A stretch of DNA of 64,000 nucleotides from a bacterium (GTDB lineage Bacteria > Actinomycetota > Acidimicrobiia > Spongiisociales > Spongiisociaceae). Where the stretch lies: contig JAPPGU010000002.1 in assembly GCA_028821265.1 (NCBI GenBank), positions 904 to 64,903 on the forward strand. Reading direction: 5' to 3'. A program made the translations under genes and the position numbers. Under the pieces are notes generated by a model, which did not search any database, had not been told where the DNA came from, and saw only the letters and a program-made list of their open reading frames with translations. Positions 7,762 through 16,500 of the stretch are shown here, piece by piece (position 1 is the stretch's first letter; the number at the start of each line of letters is the position of its first letter).

Positions 7762-8751
7762 TCACCCGATCATCCGCAGCGCGGGCATGAACACCGCCAC
7801 GGCCAGCATCGGACCGTCCAGCGCAGCCAGGAGACCGCCCGGTCTGGACGTCAACCGGATGGCTCCCGTACGGAAAGCCAGGCCGATGCCACGGCCCGCG
7901 ATCGTTGCGAGTGCCAGGAGCAGTCCGATGAAGAACCAGGCGAGGAGATCGAACCCGGAGAGATAAGCGACCGCCACGGCCACCACGACCATCAGAACCG
8001 GGCCGACAAGGTAGGGATCGAACAGGCGTGACCGGCTCACCTCGGTCCACCGGCCGACCAGAGCGCCCACCGCGATCACGATCAGCAACCCGGCAACCTG
8101 CCGGTCCCCGCCGTCGGCGACCGACCTGGCCAGCAGAAGAGACGCCACCGCCAGGGAGGCGATCACCGCGCCCAGCGCCGAAGCGCCGATCGAGGTCAGG
8201 TCCCGGGCTGAAGGCCTCACGACCGCCCATCCCATCACCAGGACCATCGAGACAGCCACGCCGATCCCCAGACCGAGCAGTCCGAGCGTATTGGCGACGG
8301 CCATGGAAACCAGGACGGAGGCCAGGATGGGCTGGGTATGCAACCGGAATTCACTGTCGGATGAGGTGTTGACCAGGTCGACCACCCAGATTGCCACTAC
8401 CCCCACCCAGACGGCCACCACGATCGCTATGTCGAGGGTGTTGGTCACGATCAGCGCCAGCATCATGCCGGCCAGCAACAGCCCGTCCATACCACCGGCG
8501 CTGGTCCCCGCGGCGGTGCCGCCCGAAACCGGAGGAATGACCGCCAGCTCATCATCGTCTCGCACCGGGTCCTCGCTGGACCCTTCGTGCCCGTTCTTCC
8601 AGAGGCGGGCGGTCTGCATGTGCCGCCGGAACTCCGGCCCGAACCGCTCCCCCAGGGCATCGACCACCGCGCCGACGGTGTCGCCCTCGATATCCACCTG
8701 CGAGCTTCCAGCGATCTCGCGCAGGTTCGCGAACAGCCTTACTCGTGCCAT
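7762..8751 (-). CDS. MoaD/ThiS-like beta-grasp domain ending in GG, fused in frame to a polytopic membrane domain
   Basis: The N-terminal 78 aa (MARVRLFANLREIAG...DELAVIPPVSGG) look like MoaD. They continue with no stop into about 250 aa with 7-8 hydrophobic helices. Confidence 0.6.
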   Translation of the reverse strand: MARVRLFANLREIAGSSQVDIEGDTVGAVVDALGERFGPEFRRHMQTARLWKNGHEGSSEDPVRDDDELAVIPPVSGGTAAGTSAGGMDGLLLAGMMLALIVTNTLDIAIVVAVWVGVVAIWVVDLVNTSSDSEFRLHTQPILASVLVSMAVANTLGLLGLGIGVAVSMVLVMGWAVVRPSARDLTSIGASALGAVIASLAVASLLLARSVADGGDRQVAGLLIVIAVGALVGRWTEVSRSRLFDPYLVGPVLMVVVAVAVAYLSGFDLLAWFFIGLLLALATIAGRGIGLAFRTGAIRLTSRPGGLLAALDGPMLAVAVFMPALRMIG

Positions 8752-8798
8752 CGATACTGAGGCTACTCGCAATCGGTGCCGTTAACGCGCCAATCCAG

Positions 8799-10238
8799 CT
8801 ACCAGCCGTCGTGGAGTGGCTGACCCTCGGAGTACCCGGCCGAGGACTGGACCCCGATGACCGCCCGCCGGTGGAACTCGTCGATCGTGCGGGCGCCCGC
8901 GTAGGTGAAGGACGATCTCACCCCGGCGGTGATCCGATCGAGCAGGTCCTCCACGCCGGGGGCCTCCGAGCTGAGATACATGCGGCCCTCGGAGATGCCC
9001 TCCTCGAACATGGTCTTCAGTCCCCGCTGGTAGGCGGTGTCCTTGGCAGTACGCCGCTGGACCGCCTGGCGGGAAGCCATGCCGTAGTTCTCCTTGTAGA
9101 CGTTGCCCTCCACGTCCGACAGGGTGGGAGCGGCCGACTCGTAGGTGCCGGCGAACCACGAACCGACCATGGCCGCCGACGCGCCGGCAGCCAGGGCCAG
9201 GGCCACGTCCCTCGGGTCGCGCACCCCTCCGTCGGCCCACACGTGCCGCCCGCGGGATCGGGCCGCCGCGGCGCACTCCACCACCGCCGAGAACTGGGGA
9301 CGGCCCACGCCGGTCATCATCCGGGTGGTGCACATGGCGCCGGGCCCCACACCGACCTTGACGATGTCGGCGCCGGCATCGATGAGGTCCGTGACGGCTT
9401 GGGCTGTCACCACGTTGCCAGCCACGACCGGACGGTCATCCACCACCGCCCGGACCTCTTTCAACGCCTCGATCATGCGGGCCTGATGACCGTGGGCGGT
9501 ATCGACCACCACCACGTCCACCCCAACGTCCGACAGTCCGGCAGCCTGGGCGCCAGCATCTCCGCTGATCCCGACCGCGGCGGCCACGAGCAACCGGCCC
9601 AGGTGGTCGGTAGCCGGCTCGTACACGGTGGCTCGCAGGGCGCCGGGACGGGTGATGACGCCGACCAGCATCCCCGACTCGTCCACCACCGGAGCCAGGG
9701 GCACCCGGCGTTCGGCCAACTCTTCGAACATGGCCTCGGGATCCAGCCAGGCGGGAAGGACGATCGGTTCGTGCGACATCACCTCCGACAGGTGGGTGAA
9801 CGGGTCAGCGCCCTCCTGGTCACCCTCGGTGAAGATACCCACCGGACGGCCCCTCTCGTCCACCACGATGACCGCCCCGTGGGCCCGCTTGTTGATCAAC
9901 GCCCTCGCCGTGTTGACGTTGTCGTGAGGGGTCAGCGTGATAGCGGTATCCAGCACCGGATCCGCCTTCTTCACGGCGGACACCATATCGGCGATGGCTT
10001 CGATCTCCACGTCCTGGGGGAATACAGCCAAGCCGCCCCGGCGGGCCACCGTCTCGGCCATGCGACGGCCCGAAATCGCCGTCATGTTGGCCACCACCAC
10101 CGGGATGTTGGTACCGACTCCGTCCGGCGGGGTGAGGTCGACATCCATCCGGGATGAGACATCCGAGAAGGAGGGCACGAGAAAGACGTCCGAATAGGTG
10201 AGCTCGCGGTCCACCACCAACCCGTCGATGAGCCTCAT
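8799..10238 (-). CDS. IMP dehydrogenase family protein, GuaB1 type (GMP reductase-like)
   Basis: 479 aa. It has a TIM barrel with an inserted CBS pair, a catalytic-loop region GPGAMCTTRMMTGVGRPQ, and no adjacent guaA. Confidence 0.8.
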   Translation of the reverse strand: MRLIDGLVVDRELTYSDVFLVPSFSDVSSRMDVDLTPPDGVGTNIPVVVANMTAISGRRMAETVARRGGLAVFPQDVEIEAIADMVSAVKKADPVLDTAITLTPHDNVNTARALINKRAHGAVIVVDERGRPVGIFTEGDQEGADPFTHLSEVMSHEPIVLPAWLDPEAMFEELAERRVPLAPVVDESGMLVGVITRPGALRATVYEPATDHLGRLLVAAAVGISGDAGAQAAGLSDVGVDVVVVDTAHGHQARMIEALKEVRAVVDDRPVVAGNVVTAQAVTDLIDAGADIVKVGVGPGAMCTTRMMTGVGRPQFSAVVECAAAARSRGRHVWADGGVRDPRDVALALAAGASAAMVGSWFAGTYESAAPTLSDVEGNVYKENYGMASRQAVQRRTAKDTAYQRGLKTMFEEGISEGRMYLSSEAPGVEDLLDRITAGVRSSFTYAGARTIDEFHRRAVIGVQSSAGYSEGQPLHDGW

Positions 10239-10296
10239 GATCTGCCCTCCCTAGCGGACTGCCGGATCATCCGTGTGTCGGGCTGCCTTGACATTT

Positions 10297-11073
10297 TCAG
10301 TACCCTCCCGCATCCGGCTCGGCCGACCTGATCCGTCTCCGCCGGAACGCGATCATCACGACCAGAACGATAACGACGATCAGGGCCGCCGCTACCACCA
10401 CCCGGACAATGGCCGCACTCACCCCGGACGGCGGGAGCCGCGACTCGGCCTCGAGCGCACGTCCGGAGTCGGTGACGGAGAGATTCCAGACAACGAGGCT
10501 TCCGGTGTGCAGGTCGGCATTGTGAGAGACGATCTCGCCGGGCAGCATCACGCTGACGCGGATGTCCAACACCTGGTCGATCATGGACAGGTCCACCGGT
10601 AGGGGGCTCTCCGCCAGGCCCTCACCCAGCAACCCCTCCACGCCCGCCGGGATGGTCAGACTGAACCGGAAGGAGTCGCCCTCCCGGGTGAGAAGGCCGG
10701 CGGCCAGGAAGTCAAGCAACCCCAGATCGTCCAACCCGCCTCCCGTGGCCGCCAGGTCGGACAGGAGTTCATGCAGCCCGGTCAACGACTCGAAGGGGAC
10801 GGTGGCGCGGATGCCTTCGTATCCGTCATCGGAGACGGCCGCGACGCTCCAGGCGTCCGGAATTATCTCCTCGCCGATCGGCAACTCACCACCGAATTCG
10901 GCGCCGACCAGCGAGGCCAGGGCATCGTCCATGGACAGCTCGACCGCAACCGAACCGCTCTCGTCCTCTTCGATCACGAGGTCGGCGAAGAGACGGAACT
11001 CGCATGCGGTCAGCAGCAGGGCGCCGACCATCGACAGCAGCAGCAGACGGAATCTTCCCGAGCCGATCTTCAC
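10297..11073 (-). CDS. lipoprotein with a C-terminal membrane anchor (LppM/DUF3153-like, tentative)
   Basis: It has a lipobox LLLTAC after a signal peptide and a C-terminal hydrophobic helix followed by RRRRIR. Confidence 0.45.
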   Translation of the reverse strand: MKIGSGRFRLLLLSMVGALLLTACEFRLFADLVIEEDESGSVAVELSMDDALASLVGAEFGGELPIGEEIIPDAWSVAAVSDDGYEGIRATVPFESLTGLHELLSDLAATGGGLDDLGLLDFLAAGLLTREGDSFRFSLTIPAGVEGLLGEGLAESPLPVDLSMIDQVLDIRVSVMLPGEIVSHNADLHTGSLVVWNLSVTDSGRALEAESRLPPSGVSAAIVRVVVAAALIVVIVLVVMIAFRRRRIRSAEPDAGGY

Positions 11074-11118
11074 GCGGCGCTCCTCGGTTCAGCTGGCGGT
11101 TGTTCGCCGGAATGCGGT

Positions 11119-12255
11119 CTACGGAGTTCGTACCCCGAGAGATTCGGAGATGATCACGGTAACACCGTCCGGGGCCTCGACCTCGAAGGCTCCGGGGGAC
11201 TCGCCGGCCGCAGGACCGGTGGTGTGGCCGAGGGCTTCGACCTGATCCCGGCGGGCTTCCGCGTCATCCACCACGAAGACCAGCCGGCATGGATACCGGA
11301 CCTGCCCGGGGTCGCCCTCGGGCACCAGTTCCAGCACGGAGTCGACCCCCACGTCCAGCAGGACTCTCGTACCGGTCTCCCCGTCCGCTCCGGGTCCGTG
11401 CGATGCCGCTGTCTCGATGCGGGCGAAGCCGAGGGTGCTCTGGTAGAAGTCGACGCTCCGGTCCAGATCGCTGCACGGGATCACAACCCGGAGCTGTAGC
11501 ACCCGGGAGAGCGGCGCTCCGGGCCCGCCGAGAACCGCTTTGGCCTGGCCGACCGTGAAGCGTCCTTCGGTGACCTCCCGGCCCACCACCACTCCGGCGA
11601 GGCTACGGCCTTCGACATCGATCGAGGTCAGGGCGCGGAGGTCGTCCACGTTCCGCACGCCGCCCGAGGCGACCACCGGCTCGTCGATGTACTCCAGGGC
11701 AGTCCGGAGGATGTCGAGATTGGGACGTTCCGAGAGAACATCCCGGCGGGCGTCGGTCACGAAGAACCCGCTCACCCCGCACGAGGCCATCTCGACCATT
11801 ACCTCTTCCATGAACCGGCCCGAGTCGGAGGTCCACCCCTCCGTGACCAACTCCTCGTTGCCGAGGACATCGAGCGACACCATCATCCGGCCGGGGAAGT
11901 CACGGCACAGGTCCCAGACCATGGTGGGAGTCTCGATGGCAGCCGTGCCCATGGTCACCTTCCAGGCGCCCTGCTCGATGAGCCGGGCGGCTTCACGCTC
12001 GGAACGGATCCCACCCGCCACCACGATCGGCACGTCGAGCGCGCCCAGCATGCGGTCGATCAGGGGACGGTTGCGGTAGGAGCGGTAGGCGGCCGCGTCG
12101 AGATCGACGACGAGAAGACGATCCACGCCCATGTCGGCCCAACCCCGGGCCCGGTTGATCGGGTCGGCGTCGAGCGAGATCACATCGTCGAGGCTGCCCC
12201 TACCGAGACGAACCGCCCGGCCTTCGAGGATGTTGACGCGGGCGTAGAGGTCCAT
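11119..12255 (-). CDS. HisA/HisF-fold (beta/alpha)8 protein fused to a C-terminal VOC/glyoxalase-like domain
   Basis: The start is MDLYARVNILEGRAVRL at 12255. GG-rich phosphate-binding loops (VVAGGIRS, VASGGVRN) are followed by about 130 aa of VOC-like sequence. The 603-aa track ORF is an artificial upstream extension running antisense to the SDR gene. Confidence 0.65.
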   Translation of the reverse strand: MDLYARVNILEGRAVRLGRGSLDDVISLDADPINRARGWADMGVDRLLVVDLDAAAYRSYRNRPLIDRMLGALDVPIVVAGGIRSEREAARLIEQGAWKVTMGTAAIETPTMVWDLCRDFPGRMMVSLDVLGNEELVTEGWTSDSGRFMEEVMVEMASCGVSGFFVTDARRDVLSERPNLDILRTALEYIDEPVVASGGVRNVDDLRALTSIDVEGRSLAGVVVGREVTEGRFTVGQAKAVLGGPGAPLSRVLQLRVVIPCSDLDRSVDFYQSTLGFARIETAASHGPGADGETGTRVLLDVGVDSVLELVPEGDPGQVRYPCRLVFVVDDAEARRDQVEALGHTTGPAAGESPGAFEVEAPDGVTVIISESLGVRTP

Positions 12256-12351
12256 GGCACGGATTGTATCGGGGCGAGGAGGCGAATGGACCGGCACCCA
12301 TGGCAGGCCTTCCTGCCAACCGGAGCGAGCGCCGGTCGATAACCTCCGGTC

Positions 12352-13155
12352 ATGGACACGCGCCTCGACGGACAGCGCGCCGTGGTGACCGCGGGCGCCG
12401 GCGGGCTCGGCCTGGCCATTGCCGGAGCGCTGGTAGGCGAGGGCGCCACCGTCTTCGTGTGCGACATCGACGGACGGGCGCTGTCGAAGCTGCCATCCGC
12501 AGTGGAAGGCGCCCGGGTGGACGTGGCGGACCCGGATGCGGTGGCGGCCTGGCTGGACCCGATCACAGCCTCCGGGGTCGACCTGCTGGTCAACAATGCG
12601 GGGATAGCCGGGCCCACCAAGCCTCTCGAGGAAGTCACCCCGGACGAGTGGCGCCGGTGCCTGGCGGTGGGCCTCGACGGCCAGTTCCACTGCGCCCGGC
12701 GTGTCATCCCTGCCATGAAGCGGCAGCAATCCGGCGTCATCGTCAACATCTCGTCTACGGCCGGATTCCACGGCATGCCGCACCGAGCGCCGTACGTGGC
12801 CGCCAAGTTCGGCGTGATCGGTCTGACCAAGACCCTGGCGATGGAGCTCGGACGCCACGGCATCCGGGTGAACGCCATCGCTCCCGGAGCCATCACCGGA
12901 GAACGCATGGATCGGGTGATAGCGGCCCACGCCGAGGCGGAGGGGACGTCCCGGGAGGAGATACGTTCGCTATACGCGGAGGGCACCTCGATGGGAACCT
13001 TCGTCGATCCTGAGGAGATAGCCGACATGGTCGTTTTCCTTGCCTCGGCGCGAGGAAAACGAGTCAGCGGCCAGGTCATCTCGGTGGATGGCCACACCGA
13101 GACCCTCTACCCGCGAACCTATGCCCAGAACGAGAAAAAACGGATGGGCGAGTAG
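12352..13155 (+). CDS. short-chain dehydrogenase/reductase
   Basis: TAGAGGLG cofactor motif, NNAG, and the YVAAK catalytic Tyr-x3-Lys. Confidence 0.85.
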   Translation: MDTRLDGQRAVVTAGAGGLGLAIAGALVGEGATVFVCDIDGRALSKLPSAVEGARVDVADPDAVAAWLDPITASGVDLLVNNAGIAGPTKPLEEVTPDEWRRCLAVGLDGQFHCARRVIPAMKRQQSGVIVNISSTAGFHGMPHRAPYVAAKFGVIGLTKTLAMELGRHGIRVNAIAPGAITGERMDRVIAAHAEAEGTSREEIRSLYAEGTSMGTFVDPEEIADMVVFLASARGKRVSGQVISVDGHTETLYPRTYAQNEKKRMGE

Positions 13156-13396
13156 CTCGGCGGACGCCCGCAGAGCCTGTATGGTGGTGCCGACTTCCCC
13201 GGCCGTGTGCCCTCTCTTCCCTCTTCCCCCGTCGGTCCGGACCGCGCCACGATTGCTCGGTACTGCCCGGATCGCACTTCCCACCCACCGGCGCGGTTCA
13301 TCGCGCGGGGCGCCGGCAAGGCGAACAGGCCAGCGAGACATATCTCCGGGCCGGGGAATTATTTGACCTCAGGGCCGGCGACGGTACGGAAACCAG

Positions 13397-13425
13397 TTGA
13401 ATAATTACACCCATGGTATTATACT
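13397..13425 (+). promoter_or_regulatory. sigma70-like promoter TTGAAT-17 nt-TATACT upstream of nrdJ
   Basis: A near-consensus hexamer pair sits in an A/T-rich patch of an otherwise GC-rich gap, about 140 nt upstream of the nrdJ start. Confidence 0.4.
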
Positions 13426-13568
13426 GGTATGCCCGATCTCGGGCATGACTGACCCGACCGCCATGATCGGGAGCCGGTCGAGATACCGGTAATAAGACGT
13501 ATCGGCGTGTGGCGAGCGAAGAGTGGGGGCTCCCGGCGGTGCCCTGGACTCTCATCGAAAGGAGTGCG

Positions 13569-16500
13569 ATGATGGCGGGACGGGGAGATGGACTTCGGAT
13601 GCAGCGCCTGTTCACGACCGAAGGCCGCGACCCGTACGAGGGAATCGCCTGGACCCGCCGCGAGTCACGGATCGTCAATCCGGACGGCTCCGTGGTCTTC
13701 GAGATGGATGACGCCGAGGTTCCCACCACCTGGTCGCAGGTGGCCACCGACATCATCGTCTCGAAGTACTTCCGCAAGGCCGGTGTGCCCCGGATGGACG
13801 CTGATGGCGACCCGATGCTGGATTCCGACGGCAATCCGGTGCTGGGGTCGGAGCGCTCTGCCAGGGATGTCTTCAACCGGCTTGCCGAGACCTGGCGGCA
13901 CTGGGGTGAGGGTTACGGCTACTTCGGCAGCGCCGCCGAAGCCCAGACCTTCGAGGACGAGATCAAGTACATGCTCGCCAACCAGATGGCGGCTCCCAAC
14001 AGCCCGCAGTGGTTCAACACCGGCTTGTCGCATAAGTACGGCATCACGGGTACGCCGCAAGGGTTCTGGTACGTAGACGAGGAGACCGGCGAGGTACTCC
14101 CCTCCCCCGACGCCTACTCCAGGCCGGCTCCCCATGCCTGCTTCATCCAGTCGGTGGCCGACGACCTCGTCAACGAGGGCGGGATCATGGACCTGTGGGT
14201 CCGGGAAGCCCGTCTCTTCAAGATGGGATCCGGCACCGGCTCCAACTTCTCCAACCTCCGGGCCGAGGGCGAGCCGCTGGCGGGCGGAGGGAAGAGCTCG
14301 GGGCTCATGTCGTTCCTCAAGATCGGAGACCGGGCGGCGGGTGCGATCAAGTCCGGCGGCACCACCCGGCGGGCCGCCAAGATGGTCATCCTCGACACCG
14401 ATCACCCCGACATCGAGGAGTTCATCGCCTGGAAGCGCGACGAGGAAATGAAAGCCCGCCTCCTGATCGAGCACGGCGGGTTCCAGGCCGACTTCAACGG
14501 TGAGGCCTACATGACCGTGTCGGGCCAGAACTCCAACAACTCGGTACGGGTTGACGACCGCTTCATCAAGGCCGTCGCCGACGATGGGGATTGGGAACTG
14601 GTCAACCGGGTGGAGGGTGACGTCAGCAAGACGGTACGCGCCAGAGACCTGTGGGAGCAGATCGCGGACGCCGCCTGGGCCTGTGCCGATCCGGGCGTCC
14701 AGTACCACACCTCCATCAACGAGTGGCACACGTGCCCGGCGGACGGTGAGATCCGGGCGTCCAACCCCTGTTCGGAATACATGTTCCTGGACGACACGGC
14801 TTGCAACCTGGCCAGCATCAACCTCGGCGCCTTCCTCGATGACGCAACCGGCCGGTTCGACACCGCCGGTTACCTCCACGCCATCCGGCTGTGGACGATC
14901 GTCCTGGAGATCTCGGTGACGATGGCGCACTTCCCGTCCAAGGCCATCGCCCAGGGCTCCTATGACTTCCGCACCCTCGGCCTCGGTTACGCCAACCTCG
15001 GCAGCCTCCTGATGCGCTCGGGGATCCCCTACGACTCGGACGAGGGCCGGGCGATCGCCGGCGCGCTGACCGCCATCCTCACCGGTGAGGCCTACGCCAC
15101 CTCCGCCGACATGGCCAAGATGCGGGGCCCCTTCCCCGGGTTCGAGAAGAACCGCGCACACATGTTGCGGGTGATGCGGAACCACCGTCGGGCCGCCTAC
15201 GACGAGAGGGGCTTCGAGGGTGTCGGCACCACGGTCAGCACCATCGACCCGGCATACTGCCCTGCCGAGCTGCTGGACGCGGCCCGGCAGGCCTGGGACC
15301 GTGCCCTGGAGATGGGAGAACAGCACGGTTACCGCAACGCTCAGGCAAGCGTGCTCGCTCCGACCGGATGCCTGGTCGGTGGATCCCTCATCCCGACCGA
15401 GCGAGGACTGGTCCGGCTCCGGTCGCTCGGCGACCCCGAAGGCCCGAGGTGGCAGGAACTGGGCATCTCGGTAGCAACTGACGAGGGACCCCGCACCGCG
15501 ACCCGTTTCTACGTCAACGGGGCAGAACCCGTGGTGACCGTGGACACGGAGCGCGGATACCGCGTCCAGGGAACTCCCACCCACCGCATCAAAGTCGTCG
15601 ACCCGCAGACCGGTGACTGGGTATGGAAACGCTTCGGAGACGTGGAGGCCGGCGATCTCGTACCCCTGCAGATGAACCAGTTGGTCGGAGGTCCCCGCCG
15701 GGTGACCCTCCCGCCCTTGGGAGAGATGTACTGGACCGGTGACTGGACCACCACGGCGCCGAGGACCATGAGCCCGGAACTGGCCGAGTTCGTCGGGTAC
15801 TTCATGGGGGACGGTTCCCTCCACGCCAAAGGTCTGAGGTTGTGCGTCACGGCTGAAGACTTCGACGTGGTGGAACGTCTTCGAATGCTCGGGAAGCGGC
15901 TCTTCAACCTAGAAGCCCACGTCGGCGAAAGGGTCGGCTACGCCGAGGTCGCGTTCCACTCTGTCCCGCTGACCATGTGGTGGGAAGCCTGCGGATTCGC
16001 CAAGATCGCGCCCTCCGAAGGCCATGCCGGCAAGGGCTGGCTGCCTCACATCCCGGACGCGGTACTCGCTTCCAACTGCCCGGAAACCTATCGCGCCTTC
16101 ATCAGGGGCCTGTTCGAAGCCGATGGAACCGTCACGGCAGGCTATCCGCATTGGTCCACGACCTCGATGGACTTCAGCCGCGATGTCCAGTCGCTGCTGC
16201 TGGCGATCGGTTACCCGACAACCCGCAAGATGGATCGGACCGGTTGGAGTGATGCTCCCCTCGCCGTGCTGCGCATCCTCAACCTCTCCTACGCCACCGG
16301 GTTTGCCGAAGAGATCGGTTTCATGAGCGGCCGCAAGCAAGGTGCCCTGGCCTCGACCACCATCCCGCAGTCGGCCCGCTGTGACCACATTCCGGTGCCC
16401 CGCTCCCTCATCGACCGGCTCGTGCCCGAGAACGGCCGCTTGCGGCGCATCATGCTGGCATCGCAGGCCAGGATCGGCATGGTGTCACGCCGATCGGCCC

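Noticed and set aside
11119-12930. 603-aa ORF suggesting a much larger HisA-fusion protein.
   Set aside because: The upstream 225 codons are antisense to the well-supported SDR gene (12352..13155) and are low-complexity. The HisA-like sequence begins at the ATG at 12255.
13160-13330. G/C-rich region with GGGAAG/GGTGGG-type strings upstream of nrdJ, considered as a cobalamin riboswitch.
   Set aside because: No B12-box-like core (GCCACTG context) and no convincing conserved helices on either strand. The better-looking strand is the minus strand, which has no downstream gene. A B12 riboswitch would not be expected to control a B12-dependent RNR.
13403-13506. Possible NrdR boxes upstream of nrdJ.
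   Set aside because: No 16-bp window fits the palindromic consensus (acaCwAtATaTwGtgt) as I recall it. Only loosely similar A/T-rich half-sites are present, and their spacing (about 69 bp) is not the usual tandem arrangement.
13665-15824. Very long ORFs antisense to clearly recognisable genes (for example 13665..15824 minus, 8745..10157 plus, 24386..25948 minus, 38868..40664 minus, 61926..63320 minus, 55325..56908 minus).
   Set aside because: Each lies opposite a gene with strong family motifs (NrdJ, GuaB1-type, ADH, amidase, HsdR, HsdM). Their products are Arg/Gly/Pro/His-rich low-complexity sequence, typical of shadow frames in high-GC DNA.
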